Of a stretch of DNA of 64,000 nucleotides, positions 12,501 through 26,843 are shown piece by piece. A model generated the notes under the pieces. That model ran no database searches. It was not told where the DNA came from and saw only the letters and a list, made by a program, of their open reading frames with translations. The DNA is taken from NCBI GenBank assembly GCA_964188305.1, contig OZ076888.1; one strand, given 5' to 3'. The position numbers and the translations under genes were made by a program. Numbering within the stretch: position 1 is the stretch's first letter; each line of letters starts with the position of its first letter. This DNA is from Podarcis bocagei (lineage: Eukaryota).

Positions 12501-12928
12501 AAAGTCTTAATAGTTTAAATTGCATCTGTTTTTCCTAACAGCTTTCTGTTTGGAATGTACTTTAAAAATTTGACACCTGTGCATACAGTTGAAATAGCTA
12601 ATTTCAGTTATGATCTTAGCCAGATCATTGCTTATAGTGATGCTTAGTTTCATTCCTTTCATTCTAAATCTAGAGCTTTGTTTCTGAAGTACAAGAAAGA
12701 GCCATAACACCTGTGTGCTGGGCTGCAACTTCCGCTGGAGGTGAATTCATATATTATGAGAATCACATAGTAATTATAGTTCTCACTCAATATTCTAAAT
12801 GCAAAACTTCTATGACAGAGTGAGTCATGAAATTATTATTACCTTAGATACATTCCAAAAAGATCATTTACGTGCACACATGCACAATGCTTCCATGCTA
12901 CACTGAAATGTGCCTCCCCACTTTTTTT

Positions 12929-13125
12929 GGTAGTACAGTGTTGTCACTAGAGTTTAGGACTTAGACAAAGAGGAAAACATGGTTTAAATTCCTGCTCGCC
13001 TATGAAGCTCACTGGATTATTTTGGGCCATTCAATCTCTCTCATTGTAACCTAAAATCCTTGAGAATATGAGATTAATCTCATGTACATTGCCCTTAGCT
13101 CTTGGGAGGAAGGGTAGTATATCAT
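12929..13125 (+). mobile_element. Old tRNA-derived/CORE-like SINE
   Basis: Degenerate A/B boxes (ggtagtacagtg; ggtttaaattcc), tatgaagctcactgg..ttgggcca.tca.tctctc core and an L2-like tail. Confidence 0.55.
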
Positions 13126-13602
13126 TATAATAACAATATTGCATGCATGTGTATGCATACTCCAACAATCTTACATTCATGCATACTTCCCCTTGACATA
13201 CACATTTTTGTACTCATTATTTGGTTGGAGAACTACCCTGAAAAATGGAGAAGAGGAACTTGTGAAGGATAGATGTACTTTGGTCCATGTATTATTTGGG
13301 GTAACTGCAGCTTCGGTAGATTCACATTAAAATGTGAACCAAACTGAATTTCTCCCCCATCCCTACTTACAAACATCTTTTGAAATCAGCATGTTTCAAA
13401 TACAGATTGTCACATGGTATTTAAGATGTGGGACTGTGTTTATTGTGATGGTGGCAGTGGGTAGGTGGGGGGGTGGAGAGTTAAAGCTCAATTGAGTACA
13501 TGCATCTGGCCTTGGCATTCTCTGGATTGCAGTATTTACTTCCTCTCAGGTGCGTTCTAGGAAATGTGAGCAAAGCTAGGGGAAGATAAGGGTCAAAGGA
13601 TT

Positions 13603-13736
13603 TGTTATGTACTGAATTGAATAGGATCCAAACTGCAGCAGTCTGATTGGTCCTAGAACAATAGGATCCAAATTGCAGCAGTCTGATTGGTCCTAGAACA
13701 ATAGGATTCAGAATGCAGCACTCTGAGTATATTTCA
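13603..13736. mobile_element. Short (probably internally deleted) solo LTR containing a 40-bp tandem repeat
   Basis: TG...CA termini, a perfect 5-bp TSD GGATT (13598-13602, 13737-13741) and 2.5 copies of ataggatccaaa(c/t)tgcagcagtctgattggtcctagaaca. Confidence 0.8.
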
Positions 13737-16700
13737 GGATTCATCCACACTTTTGTTTGACCTGTATTTTGATTGTATCATGTACCGATTAATTCCCCTG
13801 GGTCTGAGAGCTTTTCTCATTGTTCTGCATCTGTGCCCTGAGAAAAACTTACCCACTTACCAGATGTGTGGACAATCTGAAGAGATCTTGCTTAACCGAG
13901 CTTTAATTCAGTGGGTTAGATTGAATTTGCACAAGGCATAGCTGTGGCACAACAATAAATTAATTCCGGGGAAATTAATTAGTACACAATACGATTGAAA
14001 TATGGGTTAAATGAAAGGGTGAATAAGCCCAAAGACAAGGCTGATACTGGCAGTTTAAAAATATTCACTTGCTCTAAGTCAGGGGTTGGTCAGTTACTGC
14101 TACTGTGACTCTAAAACACACCACCTTGGAAGCAAGTCCCATTTATTTAAGAAATTTGCATATCCTGAATATACATGCTCAATCAAATGCGCTTTCTTCC
14201 AAAGTTTATGTGGTCAAGACTGAGATAATAATCCACAGCAGCAGCTCTGGTCTAAAACAACTGGGCATCTGAATTTCCTTTATTACCCCACCATCACTAT
14301 TCTTGTCCAGAAGTTATGGGGATATCCACTTATATTTATATACCATTACTGGCAGCAACCATTTTAGGCATCACCACAACTCAGAAGTGGCTAGAAGAGG
14401 GAGTGGGGGTGCAACGGGACAGAGAAGGCTTGCACGCACTCTGCCGATGTGTGGGTGGGTGGGGGTCAGGAATGCAACCCCTGCACAAAACAGTCATTGC
14501 CTGTATATGCAGGATGCCAAGGATAAATGCACAAACTTCTTGATTAATTACATACAATGAATGAAAACACATTATGCTTTTGAGAAAAGTATATCTAATC
14601 TCTTAAGTCTATGCTATGTTGAAACAGATTGCCTACTGCTCTCATACCTAGTCTTATACCTCACCTCCACTCTGTATATATCTGTTGTCCTCTTTCCCTC
14701 AGCTCTGGCTCATATCTCTTCCTCCCCTTCAGGTGCTGATTCACTTACTTGTCCTTTCAATGGCAAACAAACATCAACATGAACAAAAAGATCCAGGAAC
14801 TCAATGAGTCACATTATGTACAACATGTCCTCTTATCAATGGGCCATTACCAATAAGATCTCCAGCTCAAAGTGTGGGCCAATTTTTGTAGGAACGACAT
14901 TACAACTGTATGCACATTTACTTGGAAACAAGTTTTACTGTGTTCAACAGGGTTTACTCCCATGTAAGTGTGCACATAATTGCAGCCTGATTCCCAAACC
15001 CATTAGCCATATAGTGGTCTGTTTTGAATCTTATTGAGTGGAGAATGCTCCATGCACCGACAAACTGCTTTTGAGCAGCTACTGCTCACTAGGTAGAACT
15101 TCTGATTTTTGCCACATCAGCGTAAACTTTCTTAAATTTGGGAGATTGATGGCACAGTGAAAACAGAAGGTGCTTTGTGGAGAGCAGTAATACATGAAAG
15201 GATTGCAGCCGCCTTGTTATGCGACATAATGCAGCAGCTCAGATACACAACTTTGAGCTACCAGAATTTGTTAATCTCTGTACTTTAATTTCAGTTCAGA
15301 GGAACTATTTTATGACTTGGCTATGCTTGGGGGGATTTTTGATACTGAACAGTAGGCCTGTCTCATCGCAATCACAGGCTGCTTTTGAAATTCCTATTGG
15401 TTTCAAAAGTGGTTTGCCTTGTGAATCTGGTGGTTGTGCTTCTGTTCAGGAAAAACAAGCTTGACGTCTTCTTGGATACATAAAACTAGCTGCATTCTGG
15501 CCAAAGATATAATGTGTCGATTTTTAGATGTAAACATTCCACATCAGGGTTTTTTGGTCATTACTAGCAAGTATGGTAGAGAAATGTTTTTCTTTATATA
15601 TGTTTAATGTATAATGTGACTATAAAAATTCTTCATCTCATTTCAGAGTTTTTAGAAGAGCTAATAAGCAAGGTTTTCACCTTGCTTAAGTGGGGGATTC
15701 TGCATTTATAGTGCCAAAGAACCACTTTTGTAACATTTTCAAGGACCATTAGGCATTCTTCCAAGAGTAAAACCTTCAAGGCTATGATCACCTCTTCCTG
15801 ATGGAAAAAGATGCAACATTTTAATTGCGTCTCTCTAATGCATCTACAGAATTAATAATAGCCCCTGTGACTTACTTTAGAACAAAACTGCTAACAACTA
15901 AAACATTTCACAAAGTAAAGCAGCACTTAAAGAAATGATCTTGTTTGGTTGAACCATAATCTTAAAATATGGATTCTCCCTCCTTCCCTTGCGATTAGAT
16001 AATTTCTTGTGTGTGTGTGTCTGCCTGTGTGTGTCCGTGTGTGCATGCTTGCAGGCACACATTTTTGGGAAAGTGACAGTAAGTAAAAACAACTTTTATA
16101 TGGCCATTTGGTAGAGTTCTTGAAGAACAATACATTAAAAAAGCAATATTGTAATTAATTTCTAAACATTAATTAAAACTGAGGCTGAGCCAGAACCTTT
16201 GTGAGGTTTTGCAATAACACCCCTTCAAAAAAGTTAAACTTTTAATCACATCAATGGGCAAGTTAAACAAAAATTGCCCCTCTCCCCATGGCAATGTGAG
16301 AAGTGTGTGGGCCCTAACTTAGGTCATAAGACACCACCTTGACTTTTATGTATGTCTGCAATTCCTGAGTGGTGTGGGACAATCTGAGTGGCAGGAATGA
16401 GTACTAGGTAGGAAGGAGGTCTAGACCTGTTGGGCAATTCACCAATAGTATGTGGACATCAAGAGCAAAGGGCTCGACCAAGAGTCCTGGACCAGTAGAG
16501 GAGTGGTCCAGCAAAATCCTGGGAAGAAGGAAACGGATTACAAGATGAGGGGAGGGAGCTTCCTGTGTTGCTTCCAATGACTCTGGAAGCAACTGAACCA
16601 TTTTTTATTTTTTTTTTTAAAAAGAGAGGGTTTTAAGGTGAGCAGGGAGAACATACATTACATGTGCATGTAGTGTTGGCTTGGTGCTAATTAAAAGCCA

Positions 16701-18637
16701 CTGCAAGTGTTAGCACACAGAAAAATCATTGGAGAATTATTATATGCTACTCAGCAATATAAATGGAGTTAGTAGGAGCATAATTATGTCTATTTTAAAT
16801 GGCAAACAGATCTCTCTGTGTAGTATATTTTGCCATTTTACACAGAGTACTCTGTTAAATTTGCTTAGCCATAACAAAGGGGCTTCCCAGCATTAGTAAA
16901 AGTGGCATGATTTGTTGCACAGAAATTTCTTTATACAATATACTCTTTGTACATTATCATCCATCCTTATGGAATATTGTTTGGGAGCCATTTAGGGAGA
17001 ATGGGGCGGGCGGGCACATGTTTCTGACTATGATTATTTCTTAGGAGCTCAGAGATTGCATCTCTGGTAATCATGAGGTATAAACCATTAATTACAATAA
17101 ATGTTTGTAAAATAATGTTGGATATTTTTCTGCAATTTAAACTTGGATTTTGAATGTGAATCTGACCTCCCCACAAATGAAATCTTTTTGCACTCCTCCA
17201 CAGAAATGTGGAAGAGAACATCTGATCGTTAGTGCACAGGAAAGGTATGGCAGCATATTTAATAACTGAAATTACAATTTTCAGTTCTTATTGCATGTGT
17301 TGGTTAAGAAATCTTAATTAGAAACCAGTTTGTGGTGATTTAAATGGCTGAAAGTATATATTTAGAATTGAATGAGAATCATTCAGAAGGCTCAAGTAAG
17401 CCGTATTGCTGAAAGGCTCTTTAGATTTCTTGAATGAAAGACTGACATAGAGAAATACAATTACTAGACTGTGGCCTCTGAAAAATTAATTTGGCCCTTG
17501 CTTCATCTTCTAATAGAGAGGCAGCGAAATATTCAGCACACTTGCCAGCAATTAGTACATTTGTCGCCAGTCATAGGGATGCACGCAAGGCCAGCCTTTG
17601 CTGGGTTAGTTCTTTGGATTAAATAATGTGATGTTTCTCTAGCTCTCCCATATAGAGCCCACATTGCCCATCCATCCATATACAGAGTTCCCATATACAT
17701 GTTTTGCCTTCCTATGTGCTGTTACTATGCCTCGCAGAATGTGTGGGGGCACACATTCTTTGCTGTTTTTAAATAGAGAGTGACATTCCCCTTCATACAG
17801 ACAGTCAACATGGATTGGCCAGGATGTATGGGCAACACTTGCATTGGTGTCTAAGTTTGTGTGTGGGGATTATTCCATGACTACCACATTTGTTCTCACT
17901 CACCCATTCACCTGTTAAGGACCCATTGTGCAACTGAACACCTCAATAGGGCTAGTGTCATGCTCAGTGCTGAATATGGGTGGAAAACCATGAGAAAGCA
18001 CAGCATTACATTAGGCTCCAATTGCCAAGACACAAGTCTGCAATCTACAATTTCTATTAAAAATGGCTCCCATTTTGTGCTGGGTATTTGAGATTTTTAT
18101 GGTTCCTGGGAGAGCAACCCTGGGGCTGCAGGATATATTATATCTTCCTTTCCAACATCAGAAACAGCTTTGATGTCACAAAGGGAGATAAAATGTTAGA
18201 TCTTTCCACCCCACTGTTTTGGAAACTTTTGATGCATGGAGCTCCAACATTAATAGGGCCAAAAGGGTGTGTGTGTTCTGGAGGCAGTTTGGGAATATGA
18301 ACCAAGAAATGGTTTCAATCCAAAGGATCCAGAACTGTCACAGTCTCAGTTTCTGATGGGGTGGGGTTTAAAGCCTGAAAACAGGCAGCAGCACAATAAT
18401 AACCTGCTGACATAAGCCTGGCACTGCATTGGATGGGTGGTTAAGCCATCTTTGGATTTCCCCACTGCCACATTAATTGTTCTGAATTTTAAAGAAATTT
18501 GCCCAGCCACATACAGTGTAACCTCGCCACCATCTCTTTTTATTTTAAATATTGGGCGGAAAAGAATGTAGAAGAGAAACTGAAGCTGGACTAAATTGTT
18601 GGCTGGTGGTTGGGCTGAGATGAAGACAAGAAAAGTA

Positions 18638-18801
18638 CCATATTTTTCAGTGTATAAGTAGGTTCCCTACCTAAAAATAATATTCAAAATTGAGGGCATC
18701 TTATACACTGGGGCCATCTCCCCCCATTTTCTTAAATCGGAGTTCTCAAAAAATAGGCGGCATCTTATACATGGGGGTGTCTTATAGACAGAAAAATATG
18801 G
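18638..18801. mobile_element. pogo/Tigger-type MITE
   Basis: TA|CCATATTTTTCAGTGTATAAG ... CTTATAGACAGAAAAATATGG|TA, with an internal repeated tcttata motif. Confidence 0.82.
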
Positions 18802-21800
18802 TAGTTTGTAGATAGGAAGTGAGTGAAGAAAAAGGTGGATTTATTGGACTTAGTCAGACATAATTAGCCATTTAGAATTATGAGAATGACCCCCCCCCCA
18901 AGCTCATACACTCCCCTTGCTCCTCTGGTTGGAACATGAGTTGGGTAGATTTTGCTTCTATTTAAAATTAAATGCAGCTTGCCATGCTGTCCAAACTACT
19001 ATTAATCTTATTTCTGGTTAATGGAAACAAGCCATTTTCAAATCATAGTCTATTAACTTAACTATTCAAAGTTAAGACTAACCTTATCTTAGGGTGTAGA
19101 CACTGGTTAGGGTATACATACTGAAAAACTGATGGCTGTGGTTCTAAGCAAGCAAACATGCAGAAATAAACTACATTACATTCAAAATGACAACTTAATG
19201 GGCACAACTATGAGAGATATTTTGGAGGGGTTGTGGCATTTGGGAAAATGGAGTACTGGGGAAAGGCTAGAGAGTGCCTTCCCAGTCTTTTGAGATGAGG
19301 ATCTTTTGGAACTAAGTCCAATATGCCGTTCTTAACTATCAACTTGAGGTTAAGGTACATATTATAATATATGCCCATCCATGTAGCAGATGTTGAAAAT
19401 TGTTCCATATGACAGCAGCTTAACACTCAGGCTATCATTTTGTCAGCTGTTTGCCATGCCAGTTGCCTCTGGCATGTGGTGAATCTCCATGGCAGCTCTA
19501 GCAAAAAATAAGTGGTGGATATATATTAGCTAATTTATATACATGTTAAATGGCTCAGAAGCACTGGAACAATGACAGCAGCACCAACATCCAGTAGCCA
19601 TTGCACAGAAAAAACTGAATGCAATACTTCTTCAATACTTACCATAATACCTACTGAATAATGTATTATAGTTGCTAAAAGGTCAATAGCTAAGAAATTA
19701 CAATACAAAATAACAAATTAAGCTGCTGAGGCTTCTGCAGCTGGTTTTTGCTAAAGATGACCTGAATATTTCTTGCACTCAAATACTTAACACCACAGCA
19801 CTCAAAGTACTTATGAGAGCAAAAGCAAAGCCCGCTTGCTGTGTTCAATTTTTTAAAAATTCTTCTACAATCTGCTAGGCTGAGATTTCTATTAGACACC
19901 ATTGGGCTCAAAGCAGAAGCCCTGTGGATCAGACACTCAAGCCATGTGCTTCTGTGAAGAGCTGCTTTTACTTCCTATATTCTGTCCTGAAGTCTCATCT
20001 TAACGGGCAACTACCACAGGCTGAGTTTACAAGTTGTCATATCCCAATAAAGATAAAAGGTAGCACAAGCCTTGGTCCCTAACATATGTGAAACAGCAGG
20101 CATATTTTTCCGCCCTTGTTTATCAGCTGAACCCAAGGTGGTGGGAATAGGCTATTACCCCTTCAGCTACTAATGGCACTTTGACAAATACTAAGGAAGA
20201 AACTATCAAAGAAAAAAACTCCTAGGGCATATGTGTTGGAGCACACTGGCTGTAGTAGCTTAAAGTCCTTAGAATGAGCAATGGATTTGACTGAATCCCT
20301 TAAAATTAAGGGTTAGAGATCTGCTCAGCTCCCTGGACTGCAGTCCATTTGCATTGCAATCATATTAACTTGTTTTGTTTCCAAGCTGATCTGTTTGCAA
20401 TTTTTGGAGGGCCTTTGAGACAACAGCTTCATTCAGATGTAATGAATGAGAATGAGCCCAGCTCTAGCCCCCTCCCCAGCTTGTGTGCTCCCTTCCCTCC
20501 ACCAGGGCTGTATGGAATAAGTGGAAGCTTCTATAGCCATTTCAGATTAATCACAGCTTAACTTTACTTGGAACGCTGCTGCCTAAAAGGATTGTTTGCA
20601 TAAGATTTGAATGCAAAACTCTTAAAGACATATTATTGACTAGCTTAGCCATTTTCTGTCTTCACTAGTCTTTCTAAACATATTTGACTAACTAATAGAT
20701 GTAGAGATTTGCAAAAAAAGTGATCAAATAAGTTTGAGCAATTCCTCTTACTTTAGACTTGTGAACCTTAAAATCAATTATTAAAAGTTCAAGTAAAACT
20801 GTTGCTATACTTGATCTAGATTTATTTTGACTTGCAACCTCAGTGACTGTGAAAGTTATTTACTGTCTTAAAATATGCAAGGCAGACATCTAAGGCAAAA
20901 GTATTAAGATATGTGGAGATCTCACTACAAACAAGAATTATTAATATACTAGTATGTTAAATGGGCCACTCCAGATATATATTGACTTACATGTCCATTA
21001 GGAATAATAAAGAGGATGGTATAGCTCTGACATTGTCCGCCTTTCTCATTCTTTAGCTTCTACTTAATTGCACAATAAGAAGAAGACAATGAGATCAAGC
21101 TTTGGCTTTTGGTTAACTGCCTGCCAGTGTTATGTATAGGTGAAGGTCCCATATTGCCCCATCTGTTAATGATATATGGGTGTTCTACACTTGAACAATT
21201 GTTGAATAGCCATGACTGTGCTCTTCTGTTTTGAAGACTGATAGGGGATAGGGATGAGAGTAATACTTAGACTTGTAGGTAGCAAAGGGCAACCTATAGT
21301 ACCTTGTATTTATGCTTTTGGTCTTGGGTGGAGGTTTTTTGGGGCGTGTGTGTGTTGTATGTGTACACAAGGAGCAACCCATTTAGTAAGAAGGTTGTGT
21401 GTCTCACTACGTTATGGGTCCATTCAAATTTCTGCACCAGTCAACTAACTGTGTTGGTGATGCAAATGGTGCTGTTAGAGAGAACTATGCAGCACTTCCA
21501 TTTTAACAGAATCTTTGAGCCTTAGCAGCCAGGTACTTCCAGTGATGTGATATGCTCTATACTGACTGAAAATGCAGTTTGATGAGTTAAATTGAAACAC
21601 AGGCTGTATTCGAATGACAAAATCAAAGCTTAATAATTCAGGATTTTCCTGTGCTGACCAGCACACAGCCCCTTCACTCCCCTTCCTTTCTGCAAAAGGG
21701 CTTCCCCCAAAAAGCCTGAGCAGGAAACTATGGTTAGTGACTTTCAAACAAGCCAGGATATGAATCCATGGTTTAAAAGTTGGCTTAAGAACCCTGACTT

Positions 21801-23057
21801 TATTTGCACCATTATCCATAATTCCCAGTGCATTTACTGAGAAGCTGTGGTTAACAGTCCTGAGGTGTGATTGTGGCAACCAGGTCACAGTCAGAGTGAC
21901 AAGCATTTCTACTGTACATTTTTACATAAAAGGAGGGGGAATCCCCATCCATTGCTCAGCAGTCTCTGTAACCATACAGAAAGAAGGCATGTTTACTAAC
22001 CATGATCTTCCTTTTAGAAGCTGGACCCCAGAACGTAAAGATCCTAACCTTATTACTATTATAATTATTAGGAAAATAACTGTTTACAATAGGGGTAGTT
22101 TCATTTAAACTGAAATGTTAAAGAAAGTTGATGCTATCCTGAGTGTAGGCTCTGTTATACTGCATTTTGACTTTATTTTCATCCAGAATATATCTTATAG
22201 AACATTCTATAGCAGACATTATTTTATAAACCTTGATACTCCTGCCATTCATTTTACGTCATGTGTTTCTCTGCTATGTTCTTAGCAGGTTTTCTCATGA
22301 ACTATGTTTTCAGTTTTTCACATGTCACATCTTCATATTTTTGTACCCTTGGAATGTACAAAAATGTCCTGAACATAGACTAGTGCATATGTGTGTGTGT
22401 ACCTTTCTCTGCATGGAAGAAATTAAAACGGTGTGTCATTTGTCATCTTTCCAATGCTAACTTGCAAGGTGAAGGCATCTCACAATGGAGCCAGTTAATT
22501 GTTCACAGCAGGAAAATGTCTATTCCCTGAGGGGGCAGCAAATGAACTGTTCATTGCTATAATCTCTTTTAACTATTTTTAAAGGTATTCTTTCCTTTGC
22601 TGTTCCATTAAGACCTTCTTAACTACTACAGATCACACTTGGCTAGATAATGTTGCAACAGATGTCTTCTAATTATGATTGTACTGTACAGTGTGAAGAA
22701 AGAGACACAACTGGTTCAACTTGAAATTTAGTTGAATGGATAGGAATTCACTTGCCTGATAACTTCAGACAGTTTAATAAAATTCTGGGTTTTTATAGAC
22801 TTCTGAGTTTATTCAGGGCCTATTCTCGTGTAACATTCCAGAAAGAGGGCTCAACCTCGTGTTTGTCTCCAGTCCTCACAAATAGCCTCCTGTTCCCAAA
22901 ATTAATGAACTGGTCTTTGTCTCCCTATTCTCCTGACATGTCCCCCAAAATAATGTTGATTTTTTTTTTTTAAAAAGCAGGGAGTCAGGGAGATGCTGCA
23001 TGCAATTAAAAGTGGTACAGCAGAGTTCATTCATTACATTTCCCCACATTGAGAAGG

Positions 23058-23081
23058 GTGTGTGTGTGTGTGTGTGTGTGT
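23058..23081. repeat. (GT)12 microsatellite
   Basis: Direct reading. Confidence 0.9.
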
Positions 23082-25002
23082 AACTAATGCTGGGTTTTTA
23101 ATTATTATTTATTGAATTTATATACCTCCCTACACCTTTGGGTCTCAGGGCGATTCACAGAATAATGAGAGTAATGTAATATTTGAGGTGTAATGCCTAA
23201 AGGCTACAACAGTATTCCTCTGTGAGTACAGGGACTTTTCCTGGGCAACAACAGCCTTCCCGGCTCTACTGTGTTGTGTTTCTCTTCCCTGGCTCCAGGT
23301 TTTACTTCTTATTTGACTCCCCAGTTCTGCCCTCTGGTGCAACTCCTTGCAGTGACAGACCTTCTTGGGGTCTTGAATTTCAGCAGTGCCCTGTGCAACA
23401 CCAACATTTGGCATCACTCCACATCTTGCAGTCCATTCTAAATAATAGCCACAGCGTCCCTGAGGTTCCACATCCAGTGCAAGCAAACGGTGGCGCTTCC
23501 CTAAATCCACCTCTGCTCCTGGTTCCTGGTTCCCAGCTCCTGGTTCCCAGCTCCTATGGCTCACCCATGACAATTTATTAGCCTATACTATAACTACTGC
23601 CTCAAGCATGGTGTCTTCTGTAGAAATCATACAGTATGTTCCCTGCCATTGACTTACCTATTGAAGTCTGTTGTCTTTTAAACAAAGGAGGGAAAGGAAA
23701 GTATTCTTACTTACCAACTTGCTTTCAAGTTGCCTTTCATTCACTGAGGCTGGAATAGAAACTGACAGTATGCCTAGAACCAGACATGGAATTCTCTGCA
23801 GTTTCTTAGAAATATGTATCATGGTTAGTACTTTGCTGAGTATTTTCTCTCTCTTCTAAACCTAACTCCCCGTGAATAAGTCTGGTCACAGATGTGGACT
23901 ATCATGTGGCTGTGTAGCAGGGGAATAATGATATTTGATCCTGCATTTACCAGTAATTTTTTTCCTTTCAAATACACTTCGATTTTTATGTCTTAAGAAA
24001 GAAGTCATTTGGAGAAATTGATCTAGGATAACACCTAAATCAAAGACTTTAAAAAAATTGTTGCAGTCAACGTACTGATAGACTTTTTGATAACAAAGCT
24101 GTTATATGCAGCTTGCAAAAAAGAAAGTTATGTTCTGAAAAGCACATTCTTTATTTCTTTTCAACACTTTGCCATAAAAACCATGTGAAGGGTTTATTGT
24201 TGTTGGACAGACATAGTTAATATGCATATTCAAAGGCATCGTTTGCAGTGGTTGAGCAATTTACAGTGTTGACAGCAAAGTATTAACCAAACACACGGTA
24301 TTTTCATATAGGATGGACTCCATTTTGTGGTTTTGCTCTTCCCCTGCTCTCTCCTATTAGATAATGTAGCTCTTGTTTTTGATGAAAGACAAAAGATTCA
24401 ATGGTAGAATTGCTTTCTTAATAATCTATTGAAAAATGACCTCTATAGAAATGAGCATTGCCCACTGGATAATTGACTCTTTTGTTCTGCAGATACAAGA
24501 TTTTTCTTCTTCAAAAAAATTGCCTTAAGTTCACCGAAGCAGCTTATGAGAATTTTCTAGGAAAACCATTTATTGGGTTTATGTTGCATAATTTAAGATA
24601 GAAATTTATGAGTTAAACTGCTGTTCTATATTCCACATTAGTTGCTATTACAAAATTCCTCATTAGGGATCTAGGAAAATAACTATTTGTATGTAGAGTA
24701 TTATTTGGCAACATACTGTGATTAGTGCTAGAATTTGTATAGCTAAATAAACAGGTATGAGTTCATTCAGCAAGTCAAAATAAATTCCAACATCTAAAGG
24801 AAATAGTGGACTATAGCACTAAGATTTCAATATCCTTCTTTGTGTAAGCTTTAAATAAAATGAATGTAGTGAAGTTGCTCAATAAATAGAGATTTTCATA
24901 TGCTAGTGCTTTCTGCTCTAGTAAAGAGAAGACTTTGAAAACTGCTGGACACAACACTTAGAATCTGTTAGAATACAATAATTAGCCTCGTTTAATAGAT
25001 AG

Positions 25003-25267
25003 ACGCGGGTGGCGCTGTGGTCTAAACCACAGAGCCTAGGGCTTGCTAATCAGAAGGTCAGTGGTTCGAATCCCCACGACGGGGTGCGTTCCTGTTGCTC
25101 GGTCCCTGCTCCTGCTAACCTAGCAGTTCAAAAGCACGTCAAAGTGCAAGTAGATAAATAGGTACCACTCCGGCGGGAAGGTAAACGATGTTTCCATGTG
25201 CTGCTCTGGTTCACCCCAGAGTCGTCCACGACTGAACCTAACGGTCAGGGGTCCCTTTACCTTTACC
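25003..25267 (+). mobile_element. Sauria SINE (Squam1/POM-type)
   Basis: tRNA-like head with box A TGGCGCTGTGG and box B GGTTCGAATCC, body ...cctagcagttcaaaagcacgtcaaagtgcaagtagataaataggtacc..., (CCTTTA)n tail and TSD TAATAGATAG at 24993-25002 and 25268-25277. Confidence 0.93.
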
Positions 25268-25619
25268 TAATAGATAGATGTATGATTAAAAGTTTACTGA
25301 ATGGTTGTGTAAGATCTCAATTTTTGTTCTATAATGTTTCTACTCATTTTAATTACAACAAACATAAATAAAAGCTAATGAAACCTGGTTATATTCTTGT
25401 AATTTCTCTGTGCAGGATGTAAGATAGTAAAATATTATTTTCTTCTAAGCTGCTCTTTTTAGCCTTGGTCCAGGCACGATCTGAGCACAGGGTGACTGCC
25501 CAGTGGTGCAGGGCCATATAGTGTGGGTGTGTGTGGGTGGGTGGGAGCTGGAGTTGTGTCTACCCTAATAAGTCCTCTCAGGATCTTGCAAGATGACTAT
25601 CTTGGCTGTGAGTCCTGGA

Positions 25620-25905
25620 CAGGGCCTGATTTAGGTTTGATTGGGGCCCTAAGCTACTGAAGGTAATGGGGCCCTTTATATGTGAGCAGGCTAGCAGGCG
25701 GGGCCCATTACTTACATCACAGGAGCCTACATAACACAAAACAAAACACTGTTGCTGTATGTATGTATGTTTTATTTTATTTGTTTTTTATCTTATATTT
25801 TGGAAATGTACATCCAGTCCCCCCCCATGTTTTTTTTGCCCCCCCCCCCAAGGGAGTGGGGCCCTAAGCTATAACTTGTTTAGCTTATATGTAAATCTGG
25901 CACTA
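25620..25905. mobile_element. hAT-type MITE
   Basis: CAGGGCCTGATTTA ... TAAATCTGGCACTA termini, repeated ggggccct motifs and 8-bp TSD gtcctgga/gtcttgga. Confidence 0.82.
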
Positions 25906-26843
25906 GTCTTGGAGCATCTGCTCTCTGCCTTACAGGTCTTTCCCCACTTGACCTGGGAGGGTGGGGCCCAAATTCACTTCAGCTACAAAGGCTGAGGCTG
26001 CTGAAGAGGCCAAATACCATCTTGGCTGTCTCTTAGTGCAGACTCAGGTCATTGAGCCCAAACTTGCATTTCATAGTTCAAGTGAGTGTAGAAATTGAAC
26101 AAGGTCCAAGTTTCTGCTCATGGACATATTCAAGTTATTGTGAAAAGACTGTATATTCTAAGTGCATTACTCTCCTGTAGCAATGTTGCAATACTGCAGA
26201 AGAACTGGTTCAGGATTTTTTTGTACTGTTGTCATTCAAAGAGTACTAACTTTTACTCACAACTGAGTGCATACTGTTTTAGAAGTGCAAGATAAGCTTT
26301 GTCTTCTTTTTAAATGTGTTCAGTGAAAGCATAATTGCCCATTGGTTATCCTGGTTGAATTGTACTTTCAGACGCAAAGTGACAACATGAAAAACAAAAC
26401 CTGCAATTTTTGGATGCTGTGTATTTATGAACTGAGACAGTGAAAACTAATGTAGCTGAAATTTTGGCTGTTTGGGGAATTTATTTTAGGGTGAACTAGC
26501 TTGTAATACTTATTGACACCTTTATAGATCTGCTCTTATTCCCATTAATAATTTATAACAGATATTGCCTTCAGGAAACCTCAGAAATTCATTCTCTATG
26601 GCCAGCAGGGTCACTAAGAAAGATACATGGGTTGAACATCTAAAATATTTTTTGCATCATGGCTTTTTATTGACAAAAGTATTTTTACAGTCCTTTCATT
26701 TAAAAAACCAACACATTTATTTGTGTCAGAGGTTTAGAAGCAGTGATGTATTTATAGCATTGGTTGGGGAAGAGGTCTTAGCTATGAAGACAAAACAAAT
26801 TTACAAATACGAGAGCAAGGAGTTGCAATGAGTCATAATATGT

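Noticed and set aside
13621-13720. 40-bp repeats as a CRISPR-like array
   Set aside because: Head-to-tail tandem units with no spacers, inside an LTR in a vertebrate genome.
17736-17759. Perfect 10-bp stem AGAATGTGTG-gggg-CACACATTCT
   Set aside because: Short enough to arise by chance or inside an old repeat; no further support.
23200-23572. GC-richer block with 119/142-aa ORFs, a possible LTR; similar blocks near 43050-43740 and 49060-49620
   Set aside because: No clear termini, TSD or protein motif, so I cannot support a call without a repeat library.
25003-25085. tRNA gene
   Set aside because: The A/B boxes belong to a SINE head; there is no full cloverleaf or T-run terminator.
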